The translations under genes were made by a program, and so were the position numbers. Shown here one piece after another: positions 27,801 through 38,797 of a stretch of 64,000 nucleotides of DNA. The DNA comes from Gnetum montanum. Taxonomy: Eukaryota; Plantae; Gnetophyta. Under the pieces are notes generated by a model. That model saw only the letters and a program-made list of their open reading frames with translations. It did not search any database and was not told the DNA's origin. Each line of letters begins with the position of its first letter. The first letter of the stretch is position 1. The stretch is taken from the NCBI GenBank assembly GCA_015680685.1, contig MNCI01003051.1, forward strand, positions 381,984 to 445,983, written 5' to 3'.

Positions 27801-30800
27801 CTTGAGGTCCATGAGATCTACTCTCTTTTTTATGCCCATGCCTTTTCAAAGTTGCTCTCCCAAGGAAAAATCCTTGGGGTGGAGCAGGTGCGGGTAATGA
27901 GGAAGGTACTAGAGGAGGGCATGAGGTTCAACTGGGCCTCCTACATTGTCACCAAGCTACAAGTAAAGATCACCAGACTTCACTATAATCTCCAGGCAAG
28001 GTCTCATGTACACTTCACATTCTTTGTAGCGTATCTATAAAGGTTCATGGAGTTTCTGGTGGTTTGAGATAGTAGGCATTGGGTAGTGCAAGATTGTGAG
28101 TAGTTGTCCAAGCCTTGGATCAAGCACTTGTTTGCAATCACTTGCATGTAAGACATCCTAGAGGGGATTAATGAGTTGTACTTGATTACAGCCAAAGGTC
28201 ATCTAGGGCTATCATGATCACATTATTCTCGTGATAATAAGGGCGAGTGTCCCCCAATTATTATTGGGGATATGAACAAGGCCAATTTTTATATTATGAA
28301 AATGGTCAAGTCTTCTAAGGCAAAGATTAGGAGGCCACACCTGGTAGAGGAGGCTACCCCTACGGTTGGATAGGCTGGCACCAAGAAAATCTGCCTCAAG
28401 ATACCCACTTTGCGCATAGATGTTGTAGGTTAGTATGCATATAGATGCATTTGTTTTACATATTTTCTATTAATGTTTTCATGTTTTCTTATTATGTCAT
28501 GCTGATGCTACTATGCTATGTTTGTAAGCTAGGCAAGAGGGTTTTCGAAGTAGCAATGGTGGCAATAGTAGAGATGGCCCCTCCTAAATTTGAGGAGGAT
28601 GAGGCACATAGAGAGGAGCTACATGAGGCCATAGAGACCTTCTAGTGATTTGATGCAAAGGGGCTATTCCACCCTGATGAGGGTGATTTTGCCAACCTCT
28701 TTGATGATGTGTGAAACACCACAAAATTTTGGGTCTTGGCATCTCGACTAAAATTTTGGCTAAGTGTAAAAATGGTGGCACTTTGTCCAAATTTTTCTAA
28801 GTGTTGAGTGTAGTCAGCTCCAATTACCAGTTTTACAAAATTTTTTCTAACTACTGAGTTACGTGTCTTGCACGTAACATGGGACAAGTGTAGCAAATAG
28901 TAGAAATTTTTCTAAGTGTTGTGCTAGAATCTAAAGCGTAGCTAGCATGAGACACCAATTTTGCAAAATTTTGTCTAACTACTAAGTTACGTGTCCTGCA
29001 CGTAATACAGGGCAAGTGTTGTGCTACATTCCCATTGCCCTGCTATGCTCTAGAGTGTAAATAGTGTAGCCAGCATGAGACACCAATTTTATTTTTAACT
29101 ACTAAGTTATGCATCCCTGGTGTAACAAGGGGTGAGTGTAGCAGCCAAAGTTAGAAAAATTTTCAAACTTTTTCTGGTCACCTCTAGACTTAGAAAATTT
29201 TCTAAATTTTTTTTGTAGTCCCACCTACCGCACTGCTACATGGCACCTAATCTACATTTTGGATTAACCCTAGTCTCATAAATACCCCTAGACCCTAATG
29301 TTTTAGGGGTTGGGGGCTTCCATTTTTTAGGTGGTTAGTAGTTGGCACTTTCATTTGGCATTTGGCATTTACACATCTTGGAACTTAACTCTGTGGGCAA
29401 ATGAAACCCAGAGCACACCACACTAGCAGAGAGGCATAGTTGCACCACATGGTACACCATGGCCCCACTACAACCGTACATTGCATAGCACACTATAGCC
29501 CCATTGTAGCCCTACACCACATGGTACACTACAGCCCCATTTCAGCTCTATAGAACACTACACAGTACACCACAATAGCCAACCCAACAGGCACAGTTCA
29601 TCACGACAAGCACCAAACTTCATGCCCTGACACCACCGAGATTGTGACTATGCTCCCATTGTGCCTATTGTACATTGTGTACCTTCTAAGATCCTTTTGG
29701 AGTTAACTACGCTCCCATTTGGGGTAGTGTTTCATTTCTCTCCCCCATTTTGTAGCATTTTCTTACATTTTTCTTGCATCTTTCTACACTTTTTCATGCA
29801 TCATTACGTTGTACTACACTCAGGCAATAGTCTCTATGGGTTAACACCCTCATTTTAATCGAAACCCTTAGCTATGCTCACCCCCATTTCATGGCTATGC
29901 TCTACACTTAGCACTACAAAACACCGCTTTGACACTTAGCACCATTTCACATTGTTTACACTTGCATTTCGGCTAACCATGCCACCCTTGAATTGCATCC
30001 ATAGCCTTGATTGCAACCAACAAAGTACCGATTCAATTGATAAGACCGTTTAGGGTGCTTTGCCTTTGTTTCTAGCATGGCCTTCATGTGAAGGTGGGGT
30101 TAAGGTTGTGCATCTATTGACCCCTCAGTGATTCTAGCGACTGATGTTTTCGGTTGTTACAGTATGCAGCTAGGAGATCCCCCTTCTCTCACACCTAAGG
30201 GCTTACTTGGTAAGTGCTTTAAGTTGCCATATATTGTTGCTTTTTTGATCTTGCATATTTTCTTATTTGATTGTTACTAAGTATTATTGTTATGTAGCCT
30301 TAGATGCACTTGCCAATGGTCCACCACCCATGCTTACCTACCACATGAAGTTGTGGGTAGAGACACTAAACAAGTTTGCCTTCATGGAAGGCATCGTTGA
30401 GGATATGGTAGATTGCATACAATAGGTAGATCCTGAGCTCGGTATGCATGTTGTTATTTTGCTTATGTTGCTTTACCTATTTTATGATTAGTTTGTGGCC
30501 AATTATTGATTTTCTTGCATGTATGCCAATAGGTTCTAAGCTCTGCTAGGATCCGAACCAAGTGGCTAAGGTGGATGCCATCCCCGAGTACCGTCCTAAA
30601 GTGGAGTAAGTACCTCATTGTGTGTATGAGGTAGTTAACAAGTGCATACTTTTCTATGAAAAAGCATTATGAAGCTACATGTGCTCAAATGAGCACCTAT
30701 GGAAATGCCTACACAAGCTTCAGGAGACTGTGGTGAGCTAGAACACAAAGATTAAGGACCTCCAATCCTGATATGATTTCTTATCAGCTCAAGCATGGGG

Positions 30801-31530
30801 AGATAATACTTAGCAGACCACAAAGATCAATTATGCCAAGTATTGAATGAGGTCATCCAAGAGATCATCAAGTAGAGGCTATAGATGAACCTGCTTACCC
30901 AGAAGGGCTAGACTTGGAAAAATTTCAACACTAAGGTGTGCAAGTGGGGGCACATGTAGAAAGATCACAAATGCCACTATAAGCATGAGTGAGATGCATA
31001 TCTATAGCAACTCAAGGAAGAGTCCGTCAAGGCCCACTACATAGAGATGTTCGTTGAGGTGATTGGTGGAAGTTGAGCCTTCAAGATATTTTCTCACCAC
31101 ACAGTGGTTAGTGACTCCCTAGAGCAGAAGATTACCATGCCTTCAAGGGAGGCTTCATCTACTACCTTTTCTATGTAGTTGCTTGCATAGACCATCATGA
31201 ACGAAGACAAGAGCCTTGTAAATGTTGACCTCAGCTAAGAGGATTGGACGTGGCTATCAAAGGTTAAGATCCTTCGATGCTTGGAAGAAAGCCTTGATAA
31301 CTTGCCTCCAAACATGGCTAATGCGGGATCCTCTCAAGTTAGTTTTTTCTTGCTTTTTTTGTGCTTTTTTTAAGGTTGCATATTGTGCTCTTGCTTATAG
31401 ATTTCTATTATTGTTATTATTGATAAGCACTAGGTGATGCTACTAACCCTAGCAACATAACATAAGAAGAGGAGTCTCCACCTCCACCTAGTGCCATTGG
31501 TTAAGCAGATCCTGATGTAGCCCTATCATT
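24853..31530 (+). pseudogene. Spliced antisense accessory gene of C (PMD/Transposase_32-like plus coiled coil). Exons ~24880-25069, 26697-27279, 27373-28428, 28533-28711+30167-30209, 30298-30441, 30533-31337, and a probable last exon from ~31434
   Basis: TATAAAA at 24853. Four consecutive ~90-100-nt GT-AG introns are all phase 1 and preserve one reading frame. ORF 27471-28040 carries an FNWASYIVTKL motif. The frame also continues across the solo LTR. Confidence 0.8.
28712..30161 (+). repeat. Solo LTR of a B/C-related Tat family
   Basis: TGAAACACC...GGTTGTTACA termini as in the B LTRs, no PBS or PPT, degenerate TSD ATGTG/GTATG. Confidence 0.85.
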
Positions 31531-31714
31531 GGAAATTTTTGTATTTTTGCATATTTTTGGTATGTAATGCAGATGATCATGAGATGTATTATTATTTTTC
31601 TATGAGATGAAATAGAAATTTTTCTACATGAAGTATGTGATGAGTAGACCTTTATATTTATTCATTATGTGTTTAATGTTAATGATGCGATGAGTTTATG
31701 TAATTGGGCTATAG

Positions 31715-32100
31715 AAATTGCTAGTTTAAGGCCATTCCAAGCCATGAGATAGTGAAAAAATTTTGCCAGGTTTAGGACCATGGCAAGCCATGTATTAGTT
31801 TAAGGCCATCTGAGGTCACATGGTGGAAGAGAGATTACTAGTTTTAGGCCATGGTGGATCACGTAGTAGTTTAAGGCCTTTTCAGATCACAAGATGCTAG
31901 TTTTAGGTCATGGTGGGCCATGTGATGTCAGTTTAGGGCCATGGTAGGCTGCATGTTAATTTCAGGCCATTCTGGGCAATGTGATAAAAGGGGAGATTGG
32001 ACTACCAATTTTAGGGCATGGCAGGTCATGCAATAGTTGAAGGCCTTTTTGGGCCATCCATTGAAGGGAAAAAGATTGCCAATTTTAGGCCTTAGCAAGC
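31715..32100 (+). repeat. Degenerate tandem array (agttt(t/a)aggcc core) in the PR-RT spacer of C
   Basis: About ten repeats of gttt(a/t)aggccat-like cores. Confidence 0.75.
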
Positions 32101-32365
32101 AATAGTGTTTTGTAATTTTTGAATTTGATGATTTTTTAGGCATTTTGCTATTTTTTATGTGTAAACTAACTACTAAAAAGTAATCAATCAAAAATGTAAA
32201 CTTAGCAAAAATGCACAAACATGAGAAATAAATGCATAAAGAGGCAAATAATGTAAAAAATGTAAACAATTTTAAACTAACATAAAATGCAACCAAAATG
32301 CAAATAGGAAAAGCATGCAAAGTGGGGTAGGAAAGGATCCAATGCCTATTGAACTAAGGAAATGC

Positions 32366-35300
32366 CTTAGCTGTGTAGTTGTTTCCTAATATGGTGTGGG
32401 TTGGGGGGCACATAAGGCCTGGAGGGTACAATATGGTATTTTCCCTAACCTTCGTCAATTATGTCAAAGGGTAATTCTTCCCACAAAGCATCTTTTGAAA
32501 GGTCAGGGACTCTCATTGGATCTTCACGTTGGTCTACCTCACATTTTTTGCTTTATCCTTCATGAAAGATGTGTCATCAAGGAATTCCACCTTTGACCCT
32601 TGTTTGATGTTAATGTTGCTAACAGTTAGAGGGGTTGCATTGTCACCATTTATGATAACCTTTCCACCTTCATATCGAAGGTGGATTTCCAGATGGATTG
32701 GGGAGGAGACAGCCTATAGCTGGGCTAGCCAAGGCCTACCCAAGATCAAGTTGACACTTAGCATCTCCTCAACCACTATGAATTCAACAGTGATGGGGAA
32801 TTGCTCCCCTACCATGAAGGCTATCATGACAATTTTCCTTATGACAACACACAACCCATTGAAGCACTTAAGGCATGTTGTCTTTGCTAATTTAATTTGA
32901 TCAACAAGACCAAGCTTGTCAACAACTATGTACAAGATGACATTGGTTGTTACCCCATCATCAATATGCACCTTGCGAATTCTGCATTCTTCCACGTGGA
33001 TGGTGATGAACATTGGCATGATAATAACTTAACCCTTCTCAGGGTTCACCTTGATTTCCACATCATGAAACACTAGGGGAATTAAACTTAATTCTTGTGG
33101 GGGAGAAGGCAACATAATAGCATGAATGGACTATTCGTCTGGTAGGATGTCCTCTGTGATAGGAATGGACATCAACATGCATACTAACACTTCACAGTGG
33201 GTGGAGGAAGTCATTATGAGATCGTACAAGCTTAATGTTGTATTTTTTTATTTTAGAGCATGCTTGACTTGTGCCAATGCATCAAGGAAGTCTTTTCTAC
33301 TATCTACTACCTTGTTGTTAGTGGCCTTCATCTCCTCCATGAAACCTAAGAGATGAATCTCTTGTGTAGGGGATTTGGGCCTTGCTTGCCTTATTTGCTT
33401 TGGAGACTTAGTGCTCTGTTGTGGGTTACTTATTGCAGTGGCCTCCTTAGTTGGTTGGGCCATTGGGATAGAAGATAAGAAAACATGCTTTGGTGGGCCT
33501 AGTACCCTTTGCTCTAAATTTTGCCTAAGCATTTGATTAGTGAGGCATTTGTTGGGCCTCTTGGATTGTCATCTTGATTGCTTGTTGGTATTGGCTATAG
33601 GATGAGGCTTTGGGCAAGTAGGTACTGATGCATTTCCCACCACTAGACTCCCAATAGGCAGGGAGTTTGCATGTTGTGACACCCTTACAACAAAGGATGT
33701 CTGGGCTGTTGTAGTTGCAACATGCTGTGGGGCCCTGACCACAAAGGGTATTATAGACATCTAAGGTAATACTCTAATAACAAAAGGGGTTCTTAGACTA
33801 GTTGATGTCGAAGAGGCCCCAACATTGCCAGAGGGCACATGAACCACAAATGGTCTCTACATTGGTTCTAAGTCATCATCAATGTTGATGGCATTAATGA
33901 TGTACCCTACACCACTTGTGTTGAGAGGATCCTTGTAAACCCCCATTGACTAGTTCTAGGGATGCACTGGGTTGGTAGCTTCAAGGACCAACTCACCCTT
34001 GTGAATCATGCATTGTATATCATCATGCAATGCCATGCAAAAGTCTATGTCGTGACCTTACAAATGGTGATATTGGAAAAACCTATCCAACCTAAAATGC
34101 TTAGGGACTAGGGGCTCGTTTGGTAGTGCAACTGAAGGATTCTTGAGGAGTTTGCAATATCAGTCATACCACTTATGAGCATCCTCAGACATCTAGTTAT
34201 ATTGGATGCATCCAGCATAAAGCAGTTGGTCCAGAAGCTCTAACTATTTAATGGGCAACTGTGTGTACTTCAAAAGATCCTTACACTCAAAGTTAGGCCT
34301 TGTGGCAACTGGTGTAGTGGTCATGAATGATGCAAGCTGGTTGTTTGCTGCTATGCTAGAGCTAGTCGCCTTGTTGTTGTTGGCCTTGGGTGGCTTGGTC
34401 ATCAGTTTGGTGTTGGCTAGCTTAGCCTTGTTGGCCACCATCGCATGGTTGTGGTTACTTACTTACATTTGTCCTTGCCTTTTCTTTCTTCACATGTAGG
34501 TTTTTGTAGGCCACATAGGCCAGATCCTTGCTAACCTTCACTACATCTTGAATGCTCTTATTTTGAGCAAACACTTGACTCAGGGATTGTGGGACAAGGT
34601 AATACAGTTTTGACTTGATGAATTCATTTACTACACCTTTGAAGATGGCTAGAAGGTGTGTTTTTGTGATGGGCTCATAGATCACATTGAGTGATGCACT
34701 CCATTGCTGAATGAGTTTTTGCATGAGCTCTAAGTGGCCTTGCTTAACTTGCATTAGCTAATCTAGGGTCACCTTAGGATTTAAGTTGTACTTGAAGCAT
34801 GCGACAAATTGGGTAAGAAATTCCTCCAAAGAAGTAATGGAGGCCCTGGGGAGCATCTGATACCAACCTAGTGCCTTGCTAGTCAGAGACATGGTGAACA
34901 CATAGATGATAGCATTTAGCCATGCTTGCAATAGAAGGAATTCTGACTAGAATGTCACTAGATGGACGTTTGGGTCTTCTTCACCATTGTATTTGGTGAA
35001 CTGGGGTAGTGGGACCTTGGTAGGCAATGTCAGTGGTGGGACTATAGGATTGATTGGATCATCCTAGTATAAGTCCATCACATGGATGATTTCAGAGGAG
35101 GCAACCTTGAGCCACTTGACCTCTTCGGTAAGGCTTTGAATTAGTTGAAACTCTTGATTCAAGCTGGGTGAAATTGCAATGGGTTGCATTGGTTGAGCTA
35201 CCTGCTATTGTTGTTAGGTGGTCCATGACCTAAATCTAGGTTGTGTGACCACATGTGATGCCTACTGCATGGGCTGTGCCATGGGCACAACACCTTGGCC

Positions 35301-35800
35301 CAACCACGAGTTTGTGGGTTAGGTCATCGTAAAAGGGTGTCGACACGACATGTGAGATGAATGATGCCTAAGTTTTGTATAGGAGGAGGAATGTGCATGG
35401 TGTGCACATAGGATTACGTAGGTGCAATGGTTGCTACTACAAAAGGCTGGATGGACTAAACAAGCTAAATGAGTTGGACAGACTGGATAGGCTGCAAAGG
35501 GATGATGAAGAGAATGCTAAAGGAAAAGCTAAAAGGTAGAGCACCATCTTGGTGCATCTGCTATGTTTGGTGAGTTGCCATCATAGGTGTTGACCTAGGT
35601 GATGACACTAGGCTATGGAACATTAAAGGAGTGAAAGTAGAGGTTGTCTACTAGAATGAGGCATGGAATGAGTCATCATGCTCAGATTGAGCCTCAAACT
35701 CATTCATCTCCTTCTAGAGGGGATCCTCATAGTCCATCCCTACCTCACAACCCATGTTGTGAATGAGGTTATCCAGCATCCACTAGAAGTCTTTCATGAG
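32366..35800 (-). pseudogene. gag: gag and protease of C
   Basis: ORFs 34455-34754 and 32714-33019 (VHIDDGVTTNVI...LILGRPWLAQL) are homologous to B. Confidence 0.9.
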
Positions 35801-36471
35801 TAGGATAAAGTCAAAATCAGAAGGGAACCATTCCCTTCCATTACGATGCATGAGCTCATAACTACATTGAACGTTCATTTCTTAGTAGTCTAAGGGCAAA
35901 CCCACCTTGAGTTTTGTGCAAACAAAGTTGTATTACTTTTTGTTGAGCACCATGACCTTAGGAGGCAAGGTATGTTGCTTGAAACATTGCCTCTATGTAA
36001 GGATAGGATCCCCAGCCCCTAGAAGGTTAATTAGGATCTCCCTCTAACCAAGCTAGATAACAATTGCGCTCAAAGTAGAAGTTGAAGGCTACTTGGGATT
36101 CATGGTGCAAGGAGAAATGCAAAAGGTTGTTGATGCAAAAGATAAGAGAAAAATGGCTAAGTGCAAAAATGTAAAAAAAAATGACTAAGTTTGAAATGTA
36201 GAGAAAAATGACTAAGTGTAAACACGTTGAAAAATAACTAACTCTGGGATGATGCTCAGAGCCTACTACACATGCTATGCTAGAGCTAGCTATGCTTTGT
36301 TAAGTAACTAGAATTTAGCTAAGTGTAAACACTTTGGTGTTGTTAAATGAGGTTCTAGGGGAATTGATAATGGGGACCAATTTGCACAAGGTGCAAAGAG
36401 CATGCAAGGTAACTACCAAGGGATGGCCAAAGAAGGAAATGGTGAAGGCCCTCCTTCTAGCACTAGAAAAT

Positions 36472-38117
36472 TGTAGCGACCAAAAATGTCAAAGGCTAGA
36501 ATGGTGCACCGATAGGTCTATGGTTACACAACCTTGACCCTGCTTCTACACCAGGGCCTACTAGGAATGAAGGCAGGGTGCCCAAAATGGTCTTGTTGAT
36601 CAAACTAGGACTTACGAGTGTTACAATGAAATGAATGTTAAGGGTTTGCATAGTGTTTTGCGATGTCCACAGTGCTCATGGGGGTGAGCATAGTTAAGGT
36701 TTTGAGCATGAAAATGAGGCTGCAAATACATGAATATATGTGAGTAGAATACTAAATGTAGGAGAAAATGCAAAACAGGCATAGAGTATGAGTAAGAGAG
36801 AAAGTAGCACCACCCCAAATGTGGGGGAGCGTAGTTAACTATAAAGAAAAGTTAAGGCGGTATGCGATGTACAAATAGGCATAGTAGGCAATGTAGTCAT
36901 AGTCTTAGGGTGTTTGATTGCAAAGAATTGACATATGTTATGGAGTCTGAGCTTGTTGGGTTGGCTGCCATGATTTCGTACAAGCTGCGATGGTGTATAA
37001 TGCATTGGTTTGTATACAATGGTGTCAGGTGGTATCTCAAAGTTTGCCAAGATGCTAAGTGTGCTTAAGTGTAAGAGTGCCCAAAATGCCAATGCTTAAA
37101 TTTTCCAACTAAATGTGAGATTTTCCAACCCATAAAACATGAAGCATTAGGGTATTTATAGGGCTAGGATTAGTGTGAGTCGCGGATTGAGTGCCACATG
37201 GCAGAGGGGTAGTTAGGACTATGCTAGTCCCAACTATGCTCCCACTAAAGTAAATGGTGTTCTGCTGGTGTACTTTGATGGACCCTATAAGGCTACCAGA
37301 TTGTGACTACACTACCAAGACTACATTTGCAAGTGCCAAACATATCACAATGTACTTGAAACAATGCAAAATAATGCAGTTTTGGAGACTATTCTTTGGG
37401 AATACACTATTCACTCTCTCGAGTGGTGTCGAGCATAACTACAATTCAAGGGAAAATGGGGGGTGCAAATGAAATGCAAATTGTTGATCTTACTTTCTAA
37501 GAAAATGTTGGAGCTAAGATGTAGACCGGTGTTGCATTCTAAAGGCTTCTAAAGGTAGTTTCAACAAACTATGTTGACTATGCTGTAGAGTGTAGTCCCA
37601 AGAGTTAGACAAATTTTGCCAAAAAACATGTTTCAGTGCAGACTACACTAACTATGCTCTGGAGTGTGGTCCCAACTAGGAAAGCATAACCTTGACACTT
37701 AGGAAAATCTAGCAAAAATTGATGTCTTTGTGTAGACTACGCTCTAGAGCATTGTAGGGAGCGTAGTGCTAGAAGTTAGAAAATCTGTAGGTACTATATC
37801 TTCCATCCCAAGCCAACTTGACAACCTAACACATAGGAAAATTTGCAAAACTAGTTATTTTTGTGCTAACTATGCTCTAGGGCATAGTCTTAGTAGGGAG
37901 AGTGTAGTCAGGACACTTAGAAAATTTTGCAATTGTTGTTGACACTTAGAAAAATCTTGCAAATTTGGGCTATCTGTGTCAACTACATTAACTACATTCC
38001 GAAATGTAGTCCCAATAGTGGGAAGCATAGTCTCAACACTTACAAAAATTTGTCAATTTTTAACACTTAGATAAATCTGCAGTTGAGACCCAGTGACTCG
38101 AATTTGATGGTGTTTCA
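36472..38117 (-). repeat. 5' LTR of C
   Basis: Minus TGAAACACC...GCTACA, adjacent to the PBS TAGTGCTAGAAGGAGG. Confidence 0.92.
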
Positions 38118-38191
38118 CTAAACCCCTCAAAAAAGCAAATAAAAAAATAAAAAAGAGAAATAGAAGCAAAGGGGAGAGCATAGTCACCATA

Positions 38192-38535
38192 CTTGGTTGA
38201 TGTAGATGACCTCCTCTCCTCCACGCACACCTACAGTAGGTGGCTCAGTGCCCTCTTCCCTTCAACGATGTTCAAAAACCCTAGATGAAGGTGTGCACTT
38301 TGGCGTGTCATCTTTTCTTGCAACTACACTCTCAACTGGTGGTTAAAGGTAGTGGCAACAACAAGACTACACTCTCCACATTATGATAAATGTAGAAATA
38401 ATGAATTTATAGTAGTAAAAATGCATTTATATACTATTTTAGGATTATTAATGATCCACCAACCTAAGACTATGCTCAACACCAAGCACCCTACTACTGA
38501 GCGTGGAGATCATAGTTGGGTGAGAGCGTAGTCAA
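38192..38535 (-). promoter_or_regulatory. Antisense promoter and exon 1 of B (homologue of C 24770-25070)
   Basis: TATATAAA at 38426-38433, GAGCGTAGTC-like motifs, and donor CCAA|GTATGG at 38192 matching C's CCAA|GTACCC at 25070. Confidence 0.65.
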
Positions 38536-38797
38536 CCATCTTACGTCCAAAACCTTGATCTTTTGTTGTTCTACAAACACACAAGTTAATTCTACTCCCC
38601 AAGCATCTGTAGTTTGCTGAGGCCTAAAACTAACATGCATATGACTTGCTAGGGCCTAAAATTAGCACAAACATGTTTATCTCCCACAAAAATTTACACG
38701 CATGCCTAAGGAAATTTGATTCAATTTATTTTTTCATTCGTGCATATTAACTTTGTTAAACAAGTACCACTTGATGTTTTTCTAGTTTATTTTGCAG

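Larger units (their letters stand above)
19437..38117 (-). mobile_element. Tat-clade LTR retrotransposon C (relative of B)
   Basis: TSD CTAAA (19432-19436 and 38118-38122), LTR pair, PBS at 36450-36465, and gag/PR/pol homologous to B. Confidence 0.93.

Noticed and set aside
27471-28040. Longest ORF (189 aa) as an intact host gene
   Set aside because: It is a stop-free piece of a decayed exon inside element C, with in-frame stops on both sides.
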